DNA of 60,672 nt, filler included, from Sphacelaria rigidula (taxonomy: Eukaryota): assembly GCA_964200075.2 (NCBI GenBank). It is 8 parts of 8 records of this genome, joined end to end, with 100 filler letters (N's around TTAATTAATTAA, not from the genome) between each part and the next. Parts side by side here need not be neighbours in the genome. Positions count along the whole stretch, not along the records: positions 7,598 to 15,094 come from CAXNAA020014648.1; positions 15,195 to 22,691 come from CAXNAA020014649.1; 6 more parts are not named here. One strand, 5' to 3'. A model generated the notes under the pieces. The model saw nothing but the letters and a program-made list of their open reading frames with translations, was not told the DNA's origin and searched no databases. This document shows positions 12,346 to 22,680 of this stretch, one piece after another. Position 1 is the stretch's first letter, and each line of letters begins with the position of its first letter. Position numbers and translations under genes: made by a program.

Positions 12346-14555
12346 TAAAAAAAACGTAGGACACAGAACAATTGCGGCAAGTTTGAAAGGTACCATATGA
12401 TTGGTCAACAGGAAGTAGTGGTTTCATGTGTAGAGGGAAATGCGCGGGACGTCGACACTGGTATGGATGCTTCGCCGAGGTCAGTCCTGGATAAGCAGAG
12501 AGCCATGTGGTGTATTATCCAGCGGTTGTATATATTTGAGGTTGGGAAACTAAGGGCGTGCCTTCGTGTAATATTTTTTTGATCGAAAGTGTGTGGTGGA
12601 CAAGTCCGATCTGATGAGTCAAGGTTTCAGCTATCGCAATTATTGTTGACGACGGTTGAAATCACGGCCTATCAGATCGGAATTCTGGTTTTCCACCGCA
12701 CGTTTTCGATAAAAAAAAATGAGCATCTAAGACACACCGTAACGAGAAAAGGCTCCTCAGAGAACAACAAACCTCCCGCAAATTACACGGGTTTCACGGA
12801 CCCTGCGGAAGGAGAGCGCACTCAGCTGCCGTCCTCAAATCAGCTACAGTTGCGAATGAGACTCTTTTGCGTATCCTCTGCGGAGTCCGCGGTAGGGTGG
12901 GTCAACATTAAAGACAAAATGTGGGTATTCACGTGGGCACAAGGGTACGCACATGAACAAAAACGGGTACGACACAACTTTTTAGATGAGACTCGGCTGG
13001 CCCCTGCTGGTTTGTTCGACAAAATAGGGTACTCTTACAGGCTCTCCTCCTCCGCGCTCGAGACAAGCCTGGTGCCCAGCGTCAGAAAAAAAAAGCTGGG
13101 CACACCGCCCAAGCACGTTGGATATGAGATTGGGGTGCTGGAACGTGGTTTGGAGGTGCTCCGCCCCGTGCAGCGCTGCGCCCTGAACCGAAAAGTACGC
13201 TACCCTCTTTTGTATATTGCATGCTACCCTTTTTATATTTAGTATGCTACCTGTTTTTGTCTATTCCCCTTGAATCATGATCAATGAGTTAAACTTCAGG
13301 GAGAGAACACCGGGCGAGGATGTACTCATGATAATGCATGCCATAGTCACACTGGGCGAGAGAGGGGGAGGATATCATCGTCTTCCTTCTCTCAAACCCT
13401 TACAGCTACGTCATTTTTCATATCAGGGTATTGTAAAAAACCCATGTGTCACGCCGGTGATGTTACTTTCACGGCAACTCTCACAATATTTCTTCCATTC
13501 TCCCTGAGCAGTAACAGCACAAGCTATATCACGCGTCATCGTGTTGCAGGGAAGCATACACAGGAAATCTATCCCCTGCCAGCACTTTCGGCTATTTTTT
13601 TGCTGCAGTACAGCATTGAAAGCGTTGCACAACAGACCGGATGATGTTGGTGTCATGCTGGTTGTATCATGCAGGAAAATATGGGCGGATGCATGAGGAC
13701 AGCTCGAGATTATGCTGGTTTTGCTGTACGTCAGGAAAACAGCGGGAGGGTCTTGCACAGTGGCAACGATAGCCCGTAATCAGTGCCTTGTTTACCCACT
13801 GCTAGCAATTGGACTCATTGCTGTCCTCAGGCTGTTGTACAACACCGGACATGCAAAAGATGCTGAAAAAGGTGCTTTTCACGCAGAGTGTATATAATAC
13901 AAGAAGGGGGCGGAAATGGCTATACTATCCGTAGGGCGACGATACTGAACAATGATCGATACTTACTTCGGTGCGGCGGCGTGCTGGCGATACTTGCTAT
14001 CCTGCAGAAGCAGAAACTACTCCACCTCAAAAAGGCAACAGAGCTCACGTCGAAGACTCTCAGAATAAATGTCATTCCGAAAATCTTGTGGCGGACGAGA
14101 AATGATACGCTGTTGGTCACGAGGACTTGGGAAATCGGATGTTTGTTCACAAAGAACCTTACAGCAACGATCGTGAGCGGGATCTGTTTACTATTATTTT
14201 CAATCATTTGGCGTCACTTTTATGGCTCTTCTTTCATTCGTTAGTGCCAACTAAACCACCGGAGTGTGGTGACATCACACCTCAACCCTCTAATGTTCAA
14301 GACGACCGACATACGCCACAGAGCACCCAGCGCAGAGGCACTGCGCCTCACTGTGCGGGACGATTTTGCAAACCACCTCAAAAAGCCCTGTTGCTACACA
14401 ACACGCCACACGACAGGTACGCAATGTGAAAAGTGTTTGCAACACCGCCTGAAACATCATTGTATAAACACGTCGAAGCCCCTTGGTGCCATTGTAAAAC
14501 ACTTGCAGCGGCATCTACCGTTGCACATCTGTCGATATATATATATATATATGTA

Positions 14556-14913
14556 CAAGCCGTACAGAACCCGGGGCTGCGCCCCGGTCCCGTCTGTCTT
14601 TTTCGAGGGTCTCGATATTCTTGCCTTGCCAAGCCCTCGTGAGAATACATCCTCTCTCGAAATGCTCATGCCCGCCGGAAACACTGCAGGACCACCGCGA
14701 TCGCGCGCCCGTTCGAACGGTCGCGAACGCATGTGTACCCCCGCACAAAGGAAAGTACGAACCCGCTAACCGGGCCCCTAGCATTGGCATTGGTCCGAAC
14801 AGTCATCTCCGGGGGCGGGTGCGAAGGAACTCGCACACTAAAATCAGCATTGAATGTCGTGGACGCCTCGTTACAAAGAATGGTTGACGCTCGTGAGTTC
14901 GAAATATTATAGA
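14556..14913 (-). mobile_element. Non-autonomous Helitron-like repeat (second partial copy 53177-53460)
   Basis: Minus strand starts A|TCTATAATA and ends with hairpin CCGGGGC-GCA-GCCCCGG, 11 nt, then CTTG|T; no TSD; inserted in a TA tract; close copy on another contig. Confidence 0.65.
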
Positions 14914-15221
14914 TATATACTATATATTTTTTTCACAGGCGTTGTGTAACTACCGTTTTGCAAGACTCACTATTGCACAACACGTCGGCATCTCCATTGT
15001 TGTACAAAAGTACGTCGCGAGGTGCAGTGTACTTTTTATTATTATATCCATCACATTAGCTCGATCTCTCGAACCCGTGGTCACAGAGTGCAAGNNNNNN
15101 NNNNNNNNNNNNNNNNNNNNNNNNNNNNNNNNNNNNNNTTAATTAATTAANNNNNNNNNNNNNNNNNNNNNNNNNNNNNNNNNNNNNNNNNNNNGGGATC
15201 AACCCATCCCTCCCCCGGTAC

Positions 15222-15297
15222 GTTGCGCTCCGTCTCGAAAGGGATGCGTGGTCAATGGTCAAATGACTAAGGCAAGCAACAAATGAGTACGCCCCCC
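15222..15297 (+). mobile_element. 76-bp C-tailed retroposed element (subfamily A)
   Basis: Flanked by direct repeat CCCCCGGTAC (15212-15221 and 15298-15307); homologous to 18612-18687 and 56381-56452. Confidence 0.8.
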
Positions 15298-15447
15298 CCC
15301 CCGGTACACGCCTTGCATTTTGGTCTCGCGGATTGGGTTATGACTATCAGCACTCCCGCACCGCGTCAACTCACGTCAAACAAACTCATTCGACTACTTC
15401 GTTTACTCACGTGCTCACGCTTTCCATGGTGGAAGTCAGATGCTACG

Positions 15448-15530
15448 AAAAAAACCCAACGCATCGGGAATCGAACCCTCGTTCTCTCCACCCTAATGGC
15501 GACAGCCGGACCGTTACACCACCGGGGCGC
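15448..15530 (-). repeat. tRNA-derived short Pol III-like element
   Basis: GCGCCCCGG start, A box TGGTGTAACGG, B box GGTTCGATTCC, terminal T7. Confidence 0.55.
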
Positions 15531-16622
15531 GGCGTTCACATATCAAAGTCATTCCTTCCACAAAAAATCATGCCGGGACTTGAACCGCATTTATTTTGCG
15601 GAAGAAATGACTTTGATATGTGAACAGTGAGGCTTGTGAGGGGTGAGGGGACCCGAAGAACACTGAAGTGTCCTCATGCCGGGAAGGACCACACAGCATA
15701 TTTTTTGTTCAAGAAGCGAACAGTTACCCATTGATCTTGTGCTAATACAAATTGATATTCGCGTCGGTGAGGGGCAAAAGGTGATTATCCGTTACACGCC
15801 ACGCCTTACCGGGGGATTTTGCGTTGCTAATCTTGCTCTTATACTTCTGCATGTCATACAATCATCCAGATGCCATCATGCAGCCTGTGCTTGCTTCATT
15901 TGGCTCACCGTAAAGCCCTGTTCAACCAAAGGTGCTAAATCTATTCCGATATCAGCAACTGGAATATCATCAGTAGTAGTGTGAGCTGCATATAATCCAC
16001 ATTGCTTGACATGTATAGAAAACACTCTTTCCATGATGAGAATTCCGTAGTCGTTTCATCGAATGTCGAACCAGCAGGTACACGAGTGCCTCTAATTCGT
16101 GAGGACGACACGCCACCTGAGCTTGTGTCACCACTTCCGAAACTCGATCCAAACACCTCTACATTTTCCCACCATTCAGCAGTACCTACCGTTGGTGGGC
16201 GTGAAAGATCCAGGCCTGGTATACCTGCTGACCTCTCCGAAAGACCGAGGCCTTGAATACCTGCTGATTTCCAATGAAGAGCTGGAGCTGCGGTTTGCAA
16301 TGCCGCTGCTGCTCTTCTGTCGGTGACACCTCCTCCATGCCGTCCGACGTACTCTGTACTGGATGCTCCCGGCGCGCCAACTCCAACAGAGGGCTCCCCG
16401 CGACCTTCACTCTGGCCGCTGCTTCCCCCTGGATCCCTCAGGCTTCGTTCGAGAAGGTCTCTGCGCTCCCGAAGTTCCGCTCTGATGTCTTGATTATCTC
16501 TTCTAATCTCAGCATTGTTTTGGCCGACCTAAGCCAGGCTTTCTCAGAATGCCAGCCACCCCGAATGTAAGTGGTCACGAAGAAAAACTGACAACGCCAG
16601 CCGACAGAACCGTAGGTCCCTG

Positions 16623-16896
16623 CAACACGGACCTGCGGGGATGGACAGAGGCCATGACCAACGAATCCCATATTTCCCTGGCTCGACACGACTCGCCCCC
16701 GCCATTAGCAGCAAGCATACCGATGATGTCAGTTCCAACGTCGCGTGTCCAGAATCGAAATAGCTGCAAAATCCGGGACGTTGGAACTGACATCATCGGT
16801 ATGCTTGCTGCTAATGGCGGGGGCAAGTCGTGTCGAGCCAGGGAAATATGGGACTCGTTGGTCATGGCGTCTGTTCATCCCCGCAGGTCCGTGTTG
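16623..16896. repeat. Near-perfect inverted repeat, 120-bp arms, 34-bp spacer
   Basis: 16623-16742 is the reverse complement of 16777-16896 with 4 mismatches. Confidence 0.95.
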
Positions 16897-18308
16897 ATCA
16901 TTTTCTCGAACATTGCAGATTTTTATTCGACCAGCACAGCGCGGGTCATCGCATACATGCGAAATGTCTACGATACCTTGTCAAACGCCGCTTCCAGTTG
17001 GGATATGCGCTGGTGGCACCTCGCCGACTCTTCGTCTGCCTGAGGGTGGCTAGCCGCAAGGCCGGCACGTAACATTTTTCCGATTCCGTGCTTCACCAGC
17101 GCCAGGCGGTCGACGATCGAAATTGACGTGGACGAGTGGTAGCGGCTACGCGGACCGAAATCCATTGTATTGAATCCACCCACTTCCGACAGGGCGGTGA
17201 AGCGCTGGTAGTAACGAGTAGGATGTCGCCCATAAGGCCCTGCAGTTCGCTCTTCGTCATGGTGTGTGGTATTCTCCCGCGCAACGCCCAGATCGCACGC
17301 GTTTGTGTTTTCTTCCAAGCGCCTACTCGTGTCTTGTGCTGGGCTTTTTTCTGGAGGCGTAATTCCTCCGCCATATGACCCTCGAACCCCGAATGTGGAG
17401 GACCAGCAGCAGAGTACGGAGATGATGATGATGCCGGTAGCCCGGTCGCGAATGTGGGCTGGTGACGTCTACTCCTGACGAAGGATCCCGCGGCTCCGGC
17501 GAAGGCGGCTGCCCTGGTGAAGGGACTGTATGATGGATGCCGTTTTGGAGATGGGAACTGTCGAACGAAGGGGTTTGGCTGTTGCCAGGCAGCCGACGCC
17601 GATCGCGGCGGCGCAGCGGTGTGACGGTTGAGGGGGGCGTCCTTCAACTCTGCCAGCTGTTTAAGGACCTGTGCGAAAGCTTGTCGGCTTTCGTTGCGCA
17701 TACTTGTGATCGCTTGCTCGCTCTCGCCCCGCATGGTGTTCACTTCGCCGCTAATCTCCAGGGAGGGATACGTGACACACATGACACTTTTTGAAAAAAA
17801 CCCGGAATAAACGTAATTTTGGGCTATTTAACGCAACGTGAGGTTTGATTTTTTGGACGGGACAAATGTATCGTAACGTGATGTAACATGTGGACCTTGA
17901 AGTAGTGTCTCTTTGTGTTTTCCAGATGTAAAAAAAAAGGCTGTTTTCGTGAATATTTAACGTGACACATTACACGTTACGTGTTCACGAAAACAAGCAG
18001 AGTTTTTGCCACATTTGGAAAGTAAAAGGCAATGGTAGGGTTCATGCGAAGGACCACACGTTACACCACGTTACGTTACATATGTCCCATCCAAAAAATC
18101 AACTCGTACGTACGTGTTTTCGAATGTGTCACGTTCAAACGTCACGTGTCACGTATTCCTTCCTGCTAATTTCCACTATCTGTCGCCTGGTGACTGTATC
18201 CACAGCCGGTGCAACTTCCTCTTGTTCGCGGTCGTACTCTTCCTGGTCCGCGATGTCGTCAAGGGCACCGGCGCCGCCGGTGCTCGGGGCGTCAGCCTCT
18301 TCTTCCAT
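16777..18308 (-). pseudogene. Disrupted ORF of unknown family (MEEEADAPSTGG...), split by a MITE and decayed toward its 3' end
   Basis: ATG at 18308; removing the MITE and one TA joins ...ISRKE-Y-PSLEISGEV... in frame with ORF 17093..17782; later stops and an apparent frameshift. Confidence 0.6.
17771..18153. mobile_element. Tc1/mariner-type MITE (383 bp)
   Basis: TA TSD at 17769-17770 and 18154-18155; termini CGTGACAC / GTGTCACG; excision restores the host reading frame. Confidence 0.8.
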
Positions 18309-18611
18309 CAGTACGCGATGAAGACGACGTTCCTGCTCTCAATGATACGTCGCGTGACCGGGTTGTAGACTCGGTAGCTCTTACTGTCATTTCTGTACCC
18401 AACTAGTCGTCCTTCAACTGCTTTGAGAGTAAGTTTCGAAGTATGCCGCTCGATGTGTACGAAACCCCTGGCTCCGACGACTCGAAAGTGTTTGAGATCC
18501 GGTTCTGTCCCCTTCAGCATCTTATGAGGCGACTGCATGTCAAGCGCCGAATGCGGTGATCTGTTTGCAAGATAGGCCGCTGTGAACATTAATTCCCCCC
18601 AGAGAAAAGTC

Positions 18612-18687
18612 TAAGTGCTCCGTCTCGAAAGGGATGCGTGGTCAAGGGTCAGACGACTAAGGCAAGCAACACATGAGAACGCCCCCT
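18612..18687 (+). mobile_element. 76-bp C-tailed retroposed element inserted in the copia integrase
   Basis: Perfect 12-bp TSD CAGAGAAAAGTC at 18600-18611 and 18688-18699, next to a C6 tract. Confidence 0.9.
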
Positions 18688-20660
18688 CAGAGAAAAGTCG
18701 GCAAACCACTGTCAGCAAGCATGCACCGGACCTTGGCTGCAAGCGTCCTTCCCACGCGTTCTGACAGGCCGATTTGTTGTGGTGTATTAGTGCTTGCAAA
18801 CTCTAGCAATATGCCTGTCTGTCGGCAGTACGAGTTGAACTCGTTGCCGAGGAACTCACCGCCTTTATCTGCCCTTAGTCGTTCGACCCGAACACCGCCA
18901 GGAATGACCATTGACTATACGTAGGACTGAAATGCATGAAGAGTGCCGTCCTTGGGTTTTTGAAGGTCAATCTCTGTCCATCTGGTATACTCATCGGAGA
19001 TCTTGCAGACGGACTTGAAGCCTCCAGGCGCTTCCGGCATGATCGGTCCCATCAAATCTGTCATGATAAGTTGAATAGCGCGTTGCACTTTGTTGTTAGC
19101 TGTCTTCGGGTGGGCCAGTTGATGACTTTTCCCAACGGCACAAATATCGCAGTCCGGAATGACTCCACCGAAATCCACCCCGTTGCTTCCGATGTTTTTG
19201 AGAAGATTCAAACTATTGCTGTTCAAGTGTCCCATCCTCCGATGCCACAGCGTGGCGGCGTCTGCAGCTTGCAAAGCCAGTCCAGATGCGTCGTTGCCGC
19301 TGCTTAGTTCCAGAGAGGAGAAATACAGGTCGCTCTCCAGTTCCTGGAGCGGAACGGTGAAGTTGTTTGTCTCCAGTCTTGGGTTGTTCATGTCGAAAAT
19401 AGACACAACACCATTTCGTGTCGCTTGTTTGACGGAGAACAAGTTCCGCCTCAAGCCAGGCACGACCAAGCACGAAATCTGAACCAGGCGTTTGACCCCT
19501 TCGCCGTCTTGGATGTGGCGGCGGAGCAGTCATTTACCAACCCCTGCCGGGTGATGCCCCCCTGCGGTGGTGATCGTACGCGGGGTCGCCAGTTCTTAGT
19601 AGTTGTGGAGTTTATACCGTAGCCCCGTGATGAGGGTATCGTCGAAGCAATGTCCCGACGCATCACTGTCTACCATGACACTGACATGGCTATTACTACC
19701 CTCAGTCCACTTGTCAAGAGCGGGTCCTGCCGCGAGAGCCGTCCCATCATCAGCATCGGTGATCCCGCCAAATGTTTCAGCGGTGTCGTCGAGGTTTGAC
19801 GTGGCCCGGGGATATACTGAGTTCCCGAACATCAACCAGACGTAGTGGACTACGGCTATTACGGTCAGCGCGCGCACTAGTGGGGAAAGTGTCTCCTTGA
19901 TCCCCCGCATAGGTTGTAAGCTCTGCGCCAGAACCCCGGATCCCCGGCCTCCTCTCCGTCGGCCCCTTCGAAGGCGCCGAGGAGGCCGCTGCTGTAAAAA
20001 ACAGCCACGGGGTTGTTGGTTGGAGCGAAAGGCCAAGGTTCGTCCGCTTGCGGATGGTTCGCTTTGGGCGTCTCCAGGGCATTGAAGGAGATGGCGGGAG
20101 GATGCTCCCTTCTACCGGTGGCTGGGGGACACCCTGACCATCGTGCGAAATTGGCTGTCTGCTGGTTGCGCTGTTGTAAGGAACGGCACTCTTCTTCGCT
20201 GTGAGTTGTTCAGTTATGAAAACAGCACCACTTGCCTACATTCCCGTTGTTTCCCCCGTCCTGACCGTTTCCCCCTGTCAGTGCTCGGGTCGCACGGGGG
20301 GGGCAATTTCTCCTGATATGACCTTGCTTTCCGCAGTGGTGGTATGTTACTTGATTTCTTTTACCGCCATCATTCCGTCCACTAGCCTGCATAGCAACCT
20401 CGCGGCCTGCGACCGAGTGGGTGGCGTCCGGTCGTGAAAGATCGTCAGCATACATGGTGCTGACCATGTATCTGAGGTCCGACAAATTAAAATCGCGCCT
20501 CTCACAGCTAGCAATGCGGACCCTATCGTACTCGGCAGGTAGGGCTCGAAGGATAATGTCCTCATATCGTTCGTCAGGCACGGACTGCCCCATTTCCTCC
20601 AGGCGGTCACGGTAGCCATCCATGACAAACAAAAAATCTTCCGGATCCGGATCGTCCGCT

Positions 20661-20779
20661 GACTGCATCGTCGTATTGTGGAGTTTATCATGAAATTCCC
20701 TGTGTGCCTCTTTTGTGTTTGACTGCATCGTCGTATTGTGGAGTTTATCATGGAATTCCCTGCGTGCCTCTTTGTGTTG
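20661..20779. repeat. 60-bp tandem duplication inside copia gag
   Basis: GACTGCATCGTCGTATTGTGGAGTTTATCATG... repeated at 20661 and 20721. Confidence 0.9.
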
Positions 20780-21861
20780 CCGTCATATTTTTCTTGCAGC
20801 GCTACACACGCTGCTTGGCCACTACCAACCCCATCCTCCTGGGTTTTCCCCATGAAACGTCTCACGGTATTGTTCGCTGATTTCTCGATGGTGAAATATA
20901 AGATGCTGAACAGGTCATTGTTTGCGCGATTCCAAGCCAGTGAAGCTGCCGTTTCACGGGTTGACGGTTCATCACCAATTACGGTGCGTGCAGATCTCTG
21001 CCGCCCCTGCAGAATTTCTGCGGCCGCATTATGGTGGAGGGAGAGGATCACCCGTAGTTTATCTTGGTACTCTCGGAAACTAGCCTTGTCTCTGCCATCA
21101 AGTTTTGTACACAACTTAAGCACCGCACGAATACTCTCATTGTCCGCCATGATCACCTCCTCGTCGCTTTGCTCCAACGTAACGAGTATAGTATAACGTG
21201 TTCCGATACCACCACACAATCGGCCTTGGTCACCGCCGCTTGGCTCGTCGAGGGAGGTCGCGAAAAAGAAGAATGCAGACTAATCGAATCCAGATATGCC
21301 CCCCACCACGATGCCGGCCCTTGGTACCGCCGCATAACTTGACCAGCTGAACAGGTTCAGACAGAAATTCAGCGTATAAGTTGTTGCAAACACCGTGCAC
21401 GGTTGGGCACGTCTCTAGTAGGCGCGGAAAGATTTATTTCCGAAAAAAGGATCCGACTACTGACTGTTACTGTTCCCGCAGGTCAGCCGTGGTGCTGTGC
21501 ACGCTGGTGTCGTCTCCTCAAAGAATAGATCACACGCCCTACTCGGTTCAGGTTGCGGTACCATGCTGTAGCGCCAGTCGAGAGTAGTCACAATGCAGAG
21601 CTACCCCTGTTCACCTGCGGGTATCCCGCTTTTTCAAAAATGATCACTTCGTACCGCAGCGATCTCCGTACGGCGATGATGCCAGATGCGCACAAAGTAA
21701 GTGCCGTCCTCAATCGTAACACAACGCACTGTTGTAGTGCCAGGTACACACAGTGCCGTATTACTTTGACTCAACTCACGTTGTTTTCCAGCAAAGATCT
21801 GTCTTTTTGCTGCTGCCCTTCCTTCCTCGGTCCACCGCTCCGTCAGCACCAACACGATCGA

Positions 21862-21872
21862 GGCTCATAACC
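21862..21872 (-). promoter_or_regulatory. Primer-binding site GGTTATGAGCC complementary to the anticodon arm of initiator tRNA-Met
   Basis: Abuts the LTR end (...TAACA|GGTTATGAGCC); complement of GGCUCAUAACC. Confidence 0.8.
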
Positions 21873-22066
21873 TGTTAGAGGATTCACTCAGAACCCCTTT
21901 GTCGTGGTCGCTAGAGTTGGCGCAATGCCAGTTAAGCCGAGCAAGCAGGCAGGCTGCTTAGGAGTGTAGAGAGAAGATAGTGTTCAAGGTGCCGCTTCTG
22001 GGTAAGACAAATACAAACAACCCACCGGGGTACACGGTCAAAGAGAAGAGTACTCCATGTATAACA
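21873..22066 (-). repeat. Putative 5' LTR of the copia element (194 bp; outer boundary tentative)
   Basis: TGTTA...TAACA inverted termini directly adjacent to the PBS; no second LTR present to confirm. Confidence 0.6.
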
Positions 22067-22583
22067 ATTGCTATCCTACATTACACGCCCCCACATCAGA
22101 CCAAACCTTCGTGACCGGTACCTGCGATCCCAACACTACACATATATATAAAGTCAATACCATACGAAGCGTCGAAGAGCATGGTTCCACAGCCTCATTT
22201 TCTAAGACTATCAAGTGGTAAAGTCTACTGAAAGCCCTACAGCATCCGTCCGCTGTTGTTTGAAAGAACATCGAGAACATGTCACACCGAGGGTGTGCCC
22301 TCTGTTTCTTCGGCACAATTTTCACTTCAGAAATGCCCACCCTGGTCGTCAAATAAGGGTTAAACTTTACAGCTAGCAGCAGGGAGGGATCACGCTTCCC
22401 GGGGCTTTGGTGGAATCTGATCCTTCAGCAATTCTGATCGACCAAGTGATGAACGCAGCGGGATAACGGAGAATTAGACGACTGCGCTGTGCTGTTGTGT
22501 TTTTTTGCTTCCGTGTACATACAGTACAGTACTACACTGTCGTGTGTACCGTCCGGTCTATAGACCATAACTCACTAGCTTTT

Positions 22584-22680
22584 GACCCCGAGGGTAGGTC
22601 ACCTGCTGAATCGGCATCAATATTCACTTGAAAAAGGTATACGTGATTCAGACGGACTACCCACGCGGTCTAAGGGTTAG
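22584..22680. mobile_element. piggyBac-like non-autonomous element end (second copy 45016-45117)
   Basis: Shared GTAGGTCACCTGCTGAATCGGCATCA block; both end in AAGGG followed by TTAG or TTAA. Confidence 0.55.

Larger units (their letters stand above)
18311..22066 (-). mobile_element. Ty1/copia LTR retrotransposon, degenerate and 3'-truncated (5' LTR, PBS, gag, protease, integrase; no RT/RNaseH or 3' LTR)
   Basis: Gag (EDIILRALPAEYD), zinc knuckle (HHCGKQGHIRRNC), protease MVDSDASGH (DSGA degenerate), LWHRRMGHLN, CDICAVGK, TDLMGP, RADKGGEF, PQQIGLSER, GRLVGY, SRNVVF in copia order, with several frameshifts. Confidence 0.95.

Noticed and set aside
12605-12640. CTGATGAG hammerhead core (also reverse at 51585, and CTGACGA at 42650)
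   Set aside because: No GAAA closing a stem II; the first two are arms of a palindromic MITE.
13423-14500. Decayed transposase or gene remnant (also 51796-52350 and 54982-55367)
   Set aside because: Coding-like composition, but no motif I can assign with confidence and no consistent frame.
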